Of a stretch of DNA of 64,000 bases, positions 18,854 to 29,157 are shown piece after piece; positions within the stretch are counted from its first letter, which is position 1; each line of letters starts with the position of its first letter. Origin of the DNA: a virus (taxonomy: Duplodnaviria > Heunggongvirae > Uroviricota > Caudoviricetes); the IMG/VR virus record IMGVR_UViG_3300021387_001477, one strand, 5' to 3'. The translations under genes were made by a program, and so were the position numbers. Below the pieces are notes generated by a model that did no database searches, had not been told where the DNA came from, and worked only from the letters and a program-made list of their open reading frames with translations.

Positions 18854-19036
18854 CTAACTGGACTTCTCCTCTTTTTTCTTGGGTTCACTCTTGAAAAGTT
18901 GATATGCTTTTCCTACGCATATTACCAAGATTCCCATAGATATTATAAAAAGGGAATCTCCAAGTGTAAAATGTCCTTTTTCCATAAATTTTAGTTTCAG
19001 TCTTGATGCATGGGACATTATTTCCTTCCCATGCAA
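18854..19036 (-). CDS. small membrane protein
   Basis: 60 aa, LFIISMGILVICVG followed by basic tail; internal ATG may be the true start. Confidence 0.65.
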   Translation of the reverse strand: MHGKEIMSHASRLKLKFMEKGHFTLGDSLFIISMGILVICVGKAYQLFKSEPKKKEEKSS

Positions 19037-19059
19037 AATGGTTTAATGAAGGGAAGGGA

Positions 19060-19299
19060 TTAGACGGTTTCAGGCTTAGGAACAAATTTGCCGTTCTTTT
19101 TGTAGCAGATGTACTCCTTTCCGTTTTTAATGAATACAACCTTCTTTATCTCATCCTTCTTAGCGTTGTTTGCTTCTTCCTTGTTATCAGAAGCATTTTC
19201 GTTGTTTTCGCTGTTCCTAACCTCAAAAAAGGCCGCGACAGCAATGGCAATAACCAGTAATCCGGCTCCGATGCCAACTTTTTCTACTACATTTTTCAT
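19060..19299 (-). CDS. small membrane-anchored protein
   Basis: VGIGAGLLVIAIAVAAFF. Confidence 0.75.
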   Translation of the reverse strand: MKNVVEKVGIGAGLLVIAIAVAAFFEVRNSENNENASDNKEEANNAKKDEIKKVVFIKNGKEYICYKKNGKFVPKPETV

Positions 19300-19365
19300 A
19301 ACTTTTTACTTTAACTTTTCATCGCCTCTTTACGGGCTTTTGTAGTTTAGTGTCGACGCTGGGAC

Positions 19366-19509
19366 TCAAGACTCTTCATCTCTCCCAGCAATGGTTCTTA
19401 GATCCTCCTTATTTTCTTTAATAAACTGAGAAATTGCATCGAATAATCCTTCAGCTATGCCAAAGATTAGTACATCTATAAGTAATAGTTTAACTAGGCT
19501 GCACCTCAT
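19366..19509 (-). CDS. small hydrophobic protein, 47 aa (below cutoff)
   Basis: Manual translation MRCSLVKLLLIDVLIFGIAEGLFDAISQFIKENKEDLRTIAGRDEES; overlaps upstream stop. Confidence 0.6.
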   Translation of the reverse strand: MRCSLVKLLLIDVLIFGIAEGLFDAISQFIKENKEDLRTIAGRDEES

Positions 19510-19732
19510 AACCTTTTTCCTCCACAACTGTTTTAAATCTCTTTATTATATTCTCTGCGGTATTCTCTTTGTCTGTATCTTCAGGATGATCTTTAAAATA
19601 TCCGTTTTCGGCATCTGTATAAATATAATGCCAAATTTCTTTCAGGATGTCATATACCAGACTTCCTGCTGCTTGCCCCATCAATGTTCCCAATAGGTGT
19701 AATAGGGCATCTGTAAAACTTTTTAAAAACAT
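19490..19732 (-). CDS. small protein with amphipathic N-terminus
   Basis: 80 aa, LLHLLGTLMGQAAGSLVY. Confidence 0.7.
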   Translation of the reverse strand: MFLKSFTDALLHLLGTLMGQAAGSLVYDILKEIWHYIYTDAENGYFKDHPEDTDKENTAENIIKRFKTVVEEKGYEVQPS

Positions 19733-19765
19733 CTCTTGTTAATATTTTCTCGAAAGAGAAGAATT

Positions 19766-20008
19766 TTAAATTTTCTTCTCCCAAAATGATTTAGATATGT
19801 CGGATGCGCCTTGCCGGCATGCAGAAAGATCATTTCTAAATTTCTTGATGTCCTTTATTTTTCCAGACTTTTCAATATAATTTATATCTTCCTCATCCAA
19901 CTCCAAAGACATAGACACCACCTGCATTCCAAGTGATGTATTTTCACTATCAAGCTCAAACTTATTGTAAAGCTCGATATACTTTTCTAGATCTTTTTTG
20001 TTTATCAT
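19766..20008 (-). CDS. hypothetical protein
   Basis: 80 aa. Confidence 0.7.
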   Translation of the reverse strand: MINKKDLEKYIELYNKFELDSENTSLGMQVVSMSLELDEEDINYIEKSGKIKDIKKFRNDLSACRQGASDISKSFWEKKI

Positions 20009-20049
20009 AATATAATAGTTATTGTCTCTTTTAATAGTTTGTTTTGTTT

Positions 20050-20650
20050 ACCCAGAACTTCTCTTTCCAGGATTTTTGAAGTAAAATCATATCTTTTGTT
20101 CAGTACTCTTCGTCTTACTTATATGTTTTATGATAAGAGAGGTCTGTATACTTCTCTCAAATTACTTCCGACGTCTAAGTTCTCATAATATCATACAGGA
20201 TATTATGATTCCCTAGTTCACGGTGTACATCCGCTACCGCCCTTGTATATCTCTATAATTATTTTTCTTCAAAATAATATCAATATACTGGTTCCAAATT
20301 CTTTTCGAATTCAGAAAATTTATATAATTTGTTACACACGACCGGGCTTAAATAGATACCCAGCCATATGTTTGTCTCTAAAACCATTTTTCCGCTCCCT
20401 AGCCTATACTTATGCACCTTATGTATTCGGTCGGAACTAACAACAATTCCGAATAGGCATTACCCTAGCATAAGCCTGAGACATTTTAACCTCGCCGGGA
20501 CGAGGGTGAGTGGGGACTCTCACATTTCATTATATAAGCTCGCTCTCAGCACCTTCACTATGCTTATATAACTAAGTATAATAATATTATACGCCCCAAA
20601 ATAAAATCAAGAAAACTAGACTATTAAATCTAATTTCCTTGAGGTATTTT
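20050..20650 (-). ncRNA. candidate large structured ncRNA
   Basis: Starts after minus-strand promoter motif 20655-20665; no credible ORF; 10 or more helices including perfect 10-bp stems 20530-20571 and 20183-20208; G-U pairs favour the minus strand. Confidence 0.6.
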
Positions 20651-20677
20651 ATTACATATATAAGGCAATCAAGCTCT

Positions 20678-21061
20678 TTAAAACGGAGGAGTTAGTGGTG
20701 TTCCTGTTGTTGAAATCCCACCATAAGGAAAGTATGAAGGATCAAGATTAAAACTACGTAATAGGTTTTCCAAATGTTGTATACGAGCCTCTAACGCAGT
20801 TATTTGTATGGCCAAATTATTAATCTGGTTCTCGAGATCCAGAATCCTCTCATCCTTTTTAGATAAGATATCACGTATAACATTCTCTGGGCCCTCATCT
20901 AAGATCTTCTCTAGGGCCTTTTGAAGAATTCCCTCGATTATAGAATTATAATCAAAGTTAATATTAAACCCAGCTTCTCCTTTATAATCAGGGTCAGCAG
21001 GTTCACCTTCGCCTCCTTCTGTCCAGGACTGAGAGTTGTTGTAATTATAAAAATCCATCAT
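20678..21061 (-). CDS. coiled-coil hypothetical protein
   Basis: ILDLENQINNLAIQITALEARIQHLENLL heptads. Confidence 0.75.
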   Translation of the reverse strand: MMDFYNYNNSQSWTEGGEGEPADPDYKGEAGFNINFDYNSIIEGILQKALEKILDEGPENVIRDILSKKDERILDLENQINNLAIQITALEARIQHLENLLRSFNLDPSYFPYGGISTTGTPLTPPF

Positions 21062-21065
21062 ATTA

Positions 21066-21779
21066 TTAGTTATTATTATTTATATCTCCGGCCTCGATAA
21101 TCTCCATGATTCCAAGTCCCCTATATATTACATTTTCATACGACCCCGATATAGAGTCATGATAATGCCCGAAATACCAGTAATCGGTTGTAACTTCAGA
21201 TAGTACGTGATTTAAATATTTCCTTTCATCCATAATATTCTCCCACTGATATTCTGGTAATCCTTCTGGTCGTGTAGAGACTGGATTGAAAGAGAGCGGA
21301 GCACAATGACTAATTATTATATCAACTTTTCCGGGGAGATTATCATATTTCTCTATAACTTTTTCTCCTTCCCACCAGACTCTCTTATCTTTTCCTCTTG
21401 ATGCTAATTTTTGATTTGTTTCTAATCTCCACCCAATATCGAGTGAACTAGCACCACCTATCGGATAAATATTCCTTCCTGAAATATTATATATCTTATG
21501 ATCTTCCATAAATCTAAGAAGTGGATAAGAATATTTATCCTCATCGGAAAAATAGACAGGATCATCGTGGTTTCCTCTTATCGTCCAGATTTTGAGATTA
21601 TTTTTCTCTAGTCGCTTTTCTGCCCATTTGTATAGATCTGGCATATCATTAGTAAACCCAATGCCAAAATCTCCAAGTATTATAATATTTGCATCGTGAA
21701 GACCATACTGTTGGGTTATTTTAAAGACGAACTCTTTCCACTCTCCATGTATATCTCCACAAAAATATAAATTATTCAT
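21066..21779 (-). CDS. calcineurin-like metallophosphoesterase
   Basis: GDIHG, LGDFG, RGNHD, SHCAP, FGHYH. Confidence 0.9.
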   Translation of the reverse strand: MNNLYFCGDIHGEWKEFVFKITQQYGLHDANIIILGDFGIGFTNDMPDLYKWAEKRLEKNNLKIWTIRGNHDDPVYFSDEDKYSYPLLRFMEDHKIYNISGRNIYPIGGASSLDIGWRLETNQKLASRGKDKRVWWEGEKVIEKYDNLPGKVDIIISHCAPLSFNPVSTRPEGLPEYQWENIMDERKYLNHVLSEVTTDYWYFGHYHDSISGSYENVIYRGLGIMEIIEAGDINNNN

Positions 21780-21820
21780 ATCAATTATTAGGTCTTCAAC
21801 CTCGCTCTACTACCTTATTA

Positions 21821-22282
21821 ATGATGGATAGTGAAAAATATAGGAAATACTGTATAGAATGTGAAGATTGGTTTAAGAAAGAGGAGGAATTTTATGCCAA
21901 GATGAAGGCTATTCACGACTCTTCTCTTCCGAGGAGTGAAAAAGAAAGAAGACAAGAAAGAATTAGGAAAAAGTACGGTAAGGATGGAAATAGTTCTGAT
22001 TTTGGTCCGTGGGTTGAAATATATGACCCAAAAGACCTTCTAGATCCAAATTTTATACTTCCAGGTTATAATTGTAGTTTTCTTAACTTGTCAAATACCG
22101 ATCATGATATTCCTTCATACTTTGGAAAATATATAATCAGTGAGACTCCAGATTATTATGGAAAGGTCATTGGATACGCATATGATATGGGAGACGATTA
22201 TATAATTGCGTTACATCCTTCTGGTGAGATTCGTGCAATAATAGTTAATTCACATTATAAAGTTTATGATAATAGCAATTGA
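21821..22282 (+). CDS. hypothetical protein
   Basis: 153 aa; promoter motif 21813-21823. Confidence 0.75.
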   Translation: MMDSEKYRKYCIECEDWFKKEEEFYAKMKAIHDSSLPRSEKERRQERIRKKYGKDGNSSDFGPWVEIYDPKDLLDPNFILPGYNCSFLNLSNTDHDIPSYFGKYIISETPDYYGKVIGYAYDMGDDYIIALHPSGEIRAIIVNSHYKVYDNSN

Positions 22283-22649
22283 TTTTGATGGAACTTGTGT
22301 TGAACATAAGTATCCAGAGATAGGAAATGAATTACCGGGCTGCGTAGATACATTAAAAGAACTTGTATCTATGGGGCATCGGCTTGTTCTCAATACCATG
22401 AGAGGTAGGCCTAAGAAAGAGGGAGATAGAGATACTCTTCAGGAAGCCTTAGATTGGTTTCAGGAAAGAGGAATTATCCTGAGTGGGTTTAATATATCCC
22501 CAGGACAGTGGAATTGGACAACATCTCCGAAGGTGTATGCAAATCTTTATATAGATGATGCTGGCCTAGGATGTCCCAAAGATCAAAATGGACAAGTAGA
22601 CTGGGCTGAGATCCGGAAGATGCTTGGATTAAAAAAAAATAAAGAGTGA
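22266..22649 (+). CDS. HAD-family hydrolase (BT0820-like small HAD)
   Basis: IAIDFDGT, KVYANLYIDD; paralog of 46849-47328. Confidence 0.85.
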   Translation: MIIAIDFDGTCVEHKYPEIGNELPGCVDTLKELVSMGHRLVLNTMRGRPKKEGDRDTLQEALDWFQERGIILSGFNISPGQWNWTTSPKVYANLYIDDAGLGCPKDQNGQVDWAEIRKMLGLKKNKE

Positions 22650-22656
22650 TTAAATG

Positions 22657-22986
22657 TCACTCTTTTCTTTCTATATGTTTAGAGAAATAATATAAGTTCT
22701 TAAAAAATTCCTCTACTTCGTCTAAGATGGTATCTGTTTCTTCCCATCCGACAGTACTTACATTAAATGTTTTTGTGTCTCCTAGTTGTGTGGAAAATTC
22801 CCAAGCCCTTAGATCTTGACCAAACGTACGATAATCATACATGTAAGCGTCTATGAATAAATTATCGTCTTCATCATCGCTCATGTGTATTTTCTTTTGA
22901 TAAAAGGCTGAAGCATCTGGTTTAATAACTTCAGACACTTTATATTCTTTATACCCTCTGTTTACTAAATCTTCTATTTTTATCAT
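22657..22986 (-). CDS. hypothetical protein
   Basis: 109 aa. Confidence 0.7.
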   Translation of the reverse strand: MIKIEDLVNRGYKEYKVSEVIKPDASAFYQKKIHMSDDEDDNLFIDAYMYDYRTFGQDLRAWEFSTQLGDTKTFNVSTVGWEETDTILDEVEEFFKNLYYFSKHIERKE

Positions 22987-23019
22987 ACATAAGTAAGGGT
23001 TTTATCTCTTATATTTGAT

Positions 23020-24048
23020 ATGAAGAAAGAAAAATTCAAAAAGAAATTTGTATACAGATTGGGAATGGAGGAAACTAATTCTTCTAGTTCCCACTCTTGT
23101 TGTATTGTTACAGATAGGGCTTTTGAAGCAAGGCCGGGAGATCCAGAATATAATTTAAATATTAAAAATAATATTTTGTATATTCCAGAACCAGACATTG
23201 AATTTGGTTCCGACAGACAAAAATTTAACACTTGTCTAGAAAAATTATGGTATGTCTGTGGTTTTTATGCCACAAGTTATACGGGATATGGACAAAAGAG
23301 GTTGAGAAGGCTGGAGACGATTCTGAAAAAGGTCTTTAATGTGTCTGAGGTTAGGTTTGAATGGGTTGATAGGTTTTTGGCGGATCACTCTGGCGCCGAT
23401 GATGAAGAGGATTTGTGTGAGGAAGTAGAGTCCTTGTCCTATTCTCCGACTATAGACCACCAATCTTGTAGTAGTATGCAAAAAGAAGTTTGTGAATCCA
23501 TAGAGTCGATCAGATCTTTTATATTAAATAAAAATTCATGGTTGTATACAGACGGTGATTGTAGCACTTCTTATGAATTTTATGGAGAAACTTTGAAAGA
23601 AAAAGAGGCAGATATACTACTGAAAATTAACTTTGGTGGAAATTTAGGGATAGTAGATATTCTTGTTTCAGATATGGACATGCTTTTTGCTCTACAGTCC
23701 CCATTTCGTAAGGCATCATCATTCTTAGAGGATCTTATATACAATAGGGAGACTAATATGTTTTATGTTTCTCCTTCACAATATCTTGAGGTTAGAATGG
23801 CTCCAGGATGTGGAAAGAGAAATGATCCGAGAGAAAGTAACCCGGAGAATTACTATGCGATACTCAGTGGAGAAGAGATTATAAAAAACATTGAGGGAAA
23901 ATATTATGTAAAGTTTAGTCAAATTGCAGCAAATGTTCAATCAGTAAAGCCTCAAGAGGAATTTATTCAATTAATGAATATGATAGAGAAAAATTATGTT
24001 CTCTTTCCGGTTGAGATAATTAGTAAAGAATTTGGGAAACTTGTATAA
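23020..24048 (+). CDS. phage protein with ETNSSSSHS motif, radical-SAM-associated
   Basis: TNSS motif, IDHQS; directly upstream of the radical SAM gene; promoter motif 23007-23017. Confidence 0.7.
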   Translation: MKKEKFKKKFVYRLGMEETNSSSSHSCCIVTDRAFEARPGDPEYNLNIKNNILYIPEPDIEFGSDRQKFNTCLEKLWYVCGFYATSYTGYGQKRLRRLETILKKVFNVSEVRFEWVDRFLADHSGADDEEDLCEEVESLSYSPTIDHQSCSSMQKEVCESIESIRSFILNKNSWLYTDGDCSTSYEFYGETLKEKEADILLKINFGGNLGIVDILVSDMDMLFALQSPFRKASSFLEDLIYNRETNMFYVSPSQYLEVRMAPGCGKRNDPRESNPENYYAILSGEEIIKNIEGKYYVKFSQIAANVQSVKPQEEFIQLMNMIEKNYVLFPVEIISKEFGKLV

Positions 24049-25111
24049 AAATCTTAAATTAATGAAGGTGGTAACTGGATATATAAATGGGAATTATATC
24101 GTAAAAAGACTAAGTTATTGTCAATTTCCAGCGATGATAAAAACAGCGCTTCGGGTAGACGAGGAGCTGTGTCCCGCATTTCCCGACTCTATAGATATAA
24201 AAATATCTAATAAGTGTAAGTGGGGATGTAAATTTTGTCATGAGTCTTCTGTGCCTGATGGGAATATACTTGATGTGAATAAGACTATTAATATATTATC
24301 TCAACTTCCAGAAGATACAGGAATAGAGCTTGCTATAGGAGGAGGAAACATCTTAGAGTCGATAGATGAGATAACGCCTTTTATAAATTGGGCAAAAGAG
24401 TATGGATTTCTACTTAGATGTACCTTAAACTATAGAGACGTTCTAACTCTCTCTGAGCGTGAAAAAGAATTTCTCAAAAACTTTTCCGGAATTGGGATTA
24501 GTGTTGACAGATTGGCGGAAGATGTATACCTAGCTCTCAAAGCTTGGAATATTTCTAATAGGAGAGCACCAAACTCATTTAGGATCCGCCTCACAGATTT
24601 AAATTGTCCTAAAAAAATTGATCTATACGTTCACCCTAGAGACAAATTTAGAATGAGTGGCGATATAAATTCTTTTGGTAGTATTGTTGATGAGTATGAT
24701 AAAAACATAGTATTTCATGTTATTGCTGGCATTATTCCACCAGAACATCTACGAGAATTGATATTATCCGAAAATCCCATACTAGTTTTGGGATATAAAC
24801 AATGGGGTCGGGCAATAAATGATACTCTTCCCGACATGACTGAAACAAAACAGGTAATAAAGGAAATTCTAGATGTCCGTCCCTGGGCTGTTCTCGGATT
24901 TGATAACTTAGCCTTGGATCAACTTGGGATAAGAGATATGATTTCGAAGGATAAAATGGAAAATATATACCTCGGAGATGAAGGAACTTGCTCAATGTAT
25001 ATAGATGCTGTAAAGGGGGAATATGCAAAGACTTCAAGATCAAAAGAAAGGGTGAGTTGGGATAACATAGGACTTATAGACTTTTTTAAAGATGATTCAA
25101 TTGCTGTCTAA
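24032..25111 (+). CDS. radical SAM protein (ATG 24062 is an alternative start)
   Basis: CKWGCKFCH CxxxCxxC, AIGGG, MYIDAV. Confidence 0.9.
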   Translation: MGNLYKNLKLMKVVTGYINGNYIVKRLSYCQFPAMIKTALRVDEELCPAFPDSIDIKISNKCKWGCKFCHESSVPDGNILDVNKTINILSQLPEDTGIELAIGGGNILESIDEITPFINWAKEYGFLLRCTLNYRDVLTLSEREKEFLKNFSGIGISVDRLAEDVYLALKAWNISNRRAPNSFRIRLTDLNCPKKIDLYVHPRDKFRMSGDINSFGSIVDEYDKNIVFHVIAGIIPPEHLRELILSENPILVLGYKQWGRAINDTLPDMTETKQVIKEILDVRPWAVLGFDNLALDQLGIRDMISKDKMENIYLGDEGTCSMYIDAVKGEYAKTSRSKERVSWDNIGLIDFFKDDSIAV

Positions 25112-25697
25112 AGAAACATATTATAAAAACAATCCAGATCTCCTAGAAAATCCAGAGTATTATTTCTATATGGGCAGAATTAAAGACGCCCCTTATAAAA
25201 AAATAAGCTTTGGAGTAGGGAATAATTTGTATCAAAGGACTGATTCTGGTATATACTTTGTATCTGAAATTACATTCAAGGATATGTACTATGTATATAT
25301 ACCAAAGAAATATGGAAATAAAATATCACCAGACGATCTATTAAGGGATGAGTATGATACTTCTAATTGGAATCTAGAATTTATCGATAAGAATATACCT
25401 AAAGACCAATTATTAAATTACTTTGAGATGGAGCGCAAATCTATATGGGGAGAAGAGGATCTTATAAAGATATCATTAAATACGCTTGTAGAAGGAGTTT
25501 ATTCCCTTAATAGTGTTGACGGGGATCATATAGACTTTTCATTAAAACTAGATAATTCATGGGAAAAACTGAAAGATCCACTAATTTATATAAAAGAAAA
25601 GTCTATATTCCCATATGATAAAGATTCAGTTTCATATAAAACTATATTGATTCAATTTGTAGTACTTTGGAAACAGAAAGAATTATTAAAACAATAG
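25092..25697 (+). CDS. hypothetical protein
   Basis: 201 aa in operon. Confidence 0.7.
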   Translation: MIQLLSKETYYKNNPDLLENPEYYFYMGRIKDAPYKKISFGVGNNLYQRTDSGIYFVSEITFKDMYYVYIPKKYGNKISPDDLLRDEYDTSNWNLEFIDKNIPKDQLLNYFEMERKSIWGEEDLIKISLNTLVEGVYSLNSVDGDHIDFSLKLDNSWEKLKDPLIYIKEKSIFPYDKDSVSYKTILIQFVVLWKQKELLKQ

Positions 25698-26086
25698 TTG
25701 GAAAAGTTAATAATACTTTAAGTTATTATGAAGAAGACTATACATCTGCCAAGAGAACTAAAGATCTTGTCAATGAGAGATGTCATAGCTTCGAACAATA
25801 TATTGAAATAAGGTTCAATTTTGAGGCCTCTAAGATTCCTGAACTCTCATATCTTGTAGAAGAATTTGGTGGAAGATTATTCTCTCCGGTTGTTCTTGAA
25901 GAGGGAGATAAGACAAAAAAGAAGTTTAAGTTGGCAACAATACGACTTATAGACCCAAATTTGCTTATCGGAGAGAGTGAAAGCCTTAAAAATGAACTCA
26001 CCAAGGTAAGAGAATTACTTGGTGGGAATAAGATTACATTTAATAATTTGAAAAAGAAAATAAAATTTAATATAGAAAATGAGTAA
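25667..26086 (+). CDS. hypothetical protein
   Basis: 139 aa in operon. Confidence 0.7.
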   Translation: METERIIKTIVGKVNNTLSYYEEDYTSAKRTKDLVNERCHSFEQYIEIRFNFEASKIPELSYLVEEFGGRLFSPVVLEEGDKTKKKFKLATIRLIDPNLLIGESESLKNELTKVRELLGGNKITFNNLKKKIKFNIENE

Positions 26087-27650
26087 TTGGAGAATTATAC
26101 AAAACTTGGTAATATTTTTGCCAACAGTAGAAAACAAAAATCTTATTTACATTGCAAATGAAGAGTCCGCCGCTTATCTGTCTGAGGTTATAAAGAGTAT
26201 GTCAGAATATATTGGGTATAATTCCTTCAAAATTTCTGACCTTAGGGTATCTATAAAATTTGGGGAAAACTTATCTTTGTGCATAAAATCAGCACAACTA
26301 CCTGATAAAGATGCCTGGTATGAAGTCGGAAATTTCAGAAAAGAGGATGCATTTAAGATTGTTTCTGAAAATACCTTAGTTAATGGAGAAATTCTAGGAG
26401 AGGAGTTTGAAGTTATATTCTCGGATGATTATCCTAATGAAATTTCTTTCATCTCCTCAAAAATGTCGGGATACAATGAGTGTATGGAAGAGGTAAGGAG
26501 AAGGCTAAGCTGTACTTTTGGAAAGAAAACCAAAAAATTCGTCGAAGGGCATAGATATGATTCCTTGGAAGAAACTATATATTATCTGGGCGAATTCAAG
26601 TCTAGAAAAATAGCCATGGATGCCTCAGAATTTGTCCCCATCGATCAAGCAGTTCCAGTCTACCTATATACTGAAGCAGTACGTTTTGATAACATAGACG
26701 ATGTTTTCAAAAATGAAGTGTTTGGAAGTGGTAAATATGATATCAAAGTAGCATACAAGCTAAAGTCAATGGTGGATTCTGGAGAAATCCTGAAAAACAA
26801 CCTACAAGGAGGAATTCAAGACTATTGGACAACTATCTGGAGGAATAGTCTAAACCGGTATGAACAAAATGATGGCCGTGGAAATATAAGATACCAGAAT
26901 ATTTTAGATATATTCGCCCCATTATCTATTTTGAGTAAGGCAGATATTGCTGTAAATACTAATATGGTGAATGAAATTACAGCTCTTCTTGAAAATCTGA
27001 CAAAAGAATTTATCCTAAATAATTGGGAAATAAAAACTCAAGGGTCTGGTGATCTTCTAGCATCAAATTCAAAGGAAAAGAATGTTGACTCAATTCGCCT
27101 TAGACTATTCACTAAGTCTGGGTGTATGAAAACAGACCCGAATGTGATGTCTATAAAGTACTATAATCAACTTCTGAATGAATTTAAAGTCCCTTCTCTT
27201 GATGTATATAAAAATGAAATCGAGCAGTTTAGTGAAGGTAACTTATCCTGTGATTTTGATGAATTCTACAAAAATGAGGACTACTTTAAGAGAAGAGTTG
27301 TTGTACGAGATATTACCTTACAGCAGAGGAAATCCAGTACTCCATATACACTTCCTCAAAAATATATAAAGGATGTATATGGTCAGGGTACTAAGTTGAC
27401 AGAAACCCTCGTGAATATCATCGACACTGCTAATAATAATTTCGGTGTTGGGGTACATAAATATAATATGTATAATGCAGGAAGTAAATCTAAGCCAATG
27501 GAATTTATTGATGCTTGGGTTACTCTAGATGATGTTGTGAAGTATTGTGGTGGAGTAGATAAGATGCCAGAAGCGCTTAAGAATGAAATCGCCTCTTCTA
27601 GATTCTGCATGATTAATGTAAAATTTGATAAAGGAGCGAAAGTAGAATGA
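26079..27650 (+). CDS. hypothetical protein
   Basis: 523 aa in operon. Confidence 0.8.
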   Translation: MSNWRIIQNLVIFLPTVENKNLIYIANEESAAYLSEVIKSMSEYIGYNSFKISDLRVSIKFGENLSLCIKSAQLPDKDAWYEVGNFRKEDAFKIVSENTLVNGEILGEEFEVIFSDDYPNEISFISSKMSGYNECMEEVRRRLSCTFGKKTKKFVEGHRYDSLEETIYYLGEFKSRKIAMDASEFVPIDQAVPVYLYTEAVRFDNIDDVFKNEVFGSGKYDIKVAYKLKSMVDSGEILKNNLQGGIQDYWTTIWRNSLNRYEQNDGRGNIRYQNILDIFAPLSILSKADIAVNTNMVNEITALLENLTKEFILNNWEIKTQGSGDLLASNSKEKNVDSIRLRLFTKSGCMKTDPNVMSIKYYNQLLNEFKVPSLDVYKNEIEQFSEGNLSCDFDEFYKNEDYFKRRVVVRDITLQQRKSSTPYTLPQKYIKDVYGQGTKLTETLVNIIDTANNNFGVGVHKYNMYNAGSKSKPMEFIDAWVTLDDVVKYCGGVDKMPEALKNEIASSRFCMINVKFDKGAKVE

Positions 27651-27889
27651 AGCAGTCAAATATAGAAACAACCGGGTCTGTAACTCAAGAACTAGGAAAT
27701 TCAATGTTTAGAGTACTCCTAGATGATTACGGAGCGGAAATAACCTGTACAATATCAGGCAAGATTAGAAAAAATTATATACGGATCATGGCAGGGGATA
27801 AAGTTAAGGTCGAATTAAGTCCCTATGATCTTACAAAAGGTAGAATAGTTACAAGATTTAATCAACCAATAAAGAAAGATGAAGAATAA
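27647..27889 (+). CDS. infA: translation initiation factor IF-1
   Basis: [40 protein letters not shown]. Confidence 0.95.
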   Translation: MKQSNIETTGSVTQELGNSMFRVLLDDYGAEITCTISGKIRKNYIRIMAGDKVKVELSPYDLTKGRIVTRFNQPIKKDEE

Positions 27890-28541
27890 CATGATTGGAA
27901 AGAGATATACATTTTATCTCAGTAACATTGATCTTAGAAACTCGTATTATGTTTATCAGATAACCAGCCCAAGATTAAATAGAAAAACGCTGGTTCCCTA
28001 TCTAAGTCTATCTCAAGTTGTAGAAAAGACTGGTAGGAAAGATGAAAGACCTAGACACGACGGAGATATTCTTATGACATATCTCGGTGAGAGAAAACAA
28101 GACTTTGCTACAAAATGTAAAGAGCTGGTGTCTAGATTTCTCGAAAAAGATAATGCTGTGGTTCTAGAAAATGGCGTAGACTTTCCCTTGATTGAAATGA
28201 AGCCAGAAAGTACTAATATTCAGGAGGCGCTTATTGTAAATATTCGTAGCCTCTTTAGGAAAAAGAATTATAGACTGACTCCTGGAAATTATGTAGACGT
28301 CCTATATTCACCAGACACTTTTGTTCTATACAAGGTGGCCGGGAAAGGAGAGGCTGGTCCAGAAAGAGAATACTGGCTGGAGGCCGTTGGATTATTCAAA
28401 ACCGATGATGCAGAAATGAAAAATCCACTTTCTATGGAGGGTAAGACATTCTCTACAAGTCGCTGGAACAATCTTGGCGAAATGGCTAGAGCAATCAAGG
28501 TCATGGAATGGAATGCATTTGAAAATACAAAAGGAGTGTAA
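27879..28541 (+). CDS. hypothetical protein
   Basis: 220 aa. Confidence 0.75.
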   Translation: MKNNMIGKRYTFYLSNIDLRNSYYVYQITSPRLNRKTLVPYLSLSQVVEKTGRKDERPRHDGDILMTYLGERKQDFATKCKELVSRFLEKDNAVVLENGVDFPLIEMKPESTNIQEALIVNIRSLFRKKNYRLTPGNYVDVLYSPDTFVLYKVAGKGEAGPEREYWLEAVGLFKTDDAEMKNPLSMEGKTFSTSRWNNLGEMARAIKVMEWNAFENTKGV

Positions 28542-28650
28542 AAACTCCTTTTAATTTTTCCGTCTCAGATCTTCCCAATGCCTTATATATGTAGACGATA
28601 CCTTAAGTTAATCTTATGGTTGGTGGCTACATTTTTATTTATTTTAAATC

Positions 28651-29103
28651 ATGGAAAAAATGTTAGACGAAGATTTAAGATTTTTAAGGCAAGAAAGCCT
28701 AGAAAAAGTTAAAAACTTTGTAGGACTAGAACGGATTGTGTTTATATCCGAACTACGCGAACATATAGAGAGTCACCAAAGAATCTTTAATGATTTTAAG
28801 AAAACTAATGACCTCTTGGTAGAACTTAGTGAAGTAACCAAGGAAATTCTGGTAAGCCCGGTCTTAAAGGAGATTGAAAGTATACTAAAAGATATAATTG
28901 GCCTGAATGCAGAACAAGCTAAGGCCTTGGCAAGATATGATATCGACGAAGTATATAAAATTGACCAGAAGATCGCCGAAGAGACAATTAAGCTCTTAGA
29001 AAAACACAAAGAGGTAGCAATGCTTTCAGAAGCAGGATTACACGAGATTGCTGCTATTGCTCGGATGGGTCTTACAAACGTGAAAAAGGGAAGCTTATCA
29101 TAG
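28651..29103 (+). CDS. helical hypothetical protein
   Basis: 150 aa; promoter motif 28581-28591 and leader hairpin. Confidence 0.75.
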   Translation: MEKMLDEDLRFLRQESLEKVKNFVGLERIVFISELREHIESHQRIFNDFKKTNDLLVELSEVTKEILVSPVLKEIESILKDIIGLNAEQAKALARYDIDEVYKIDQKIAEETIKLLEKHKEVAMLSEAGLHEIAAIARMGLTNVKKGSLS

Positions 29104-29157
29104 CTCCCTTTCTTTTTTTTTTTGCTCCTCAGAAGACGATGAGCTCTTATATATGAT

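Noticed and set aside
19300-19400. Twister-like AAGCCC..UAAA..GAGG words
   Set aside because: Required P4/L4 and pseudoknot pairings cannot be formed
20370-20510. Second pistol-like element inside the large RNA (ccucg-ucccgg-cgagg-uuaaaaug ... uaggga-gcg)
   Set aside because: Lacks UUAAG before the pseudoknot strand, the pseudoknot has a mismatch, and there is no GU before the P2 complement
20050-20650. tmRNA, RNase P RNA or group II intron identity for the large RNA
   Set aside because: No tRNA-like 3' end matching GGGGCG, no GAGGAAAGUCC/P4 pairing and no convincing domain V
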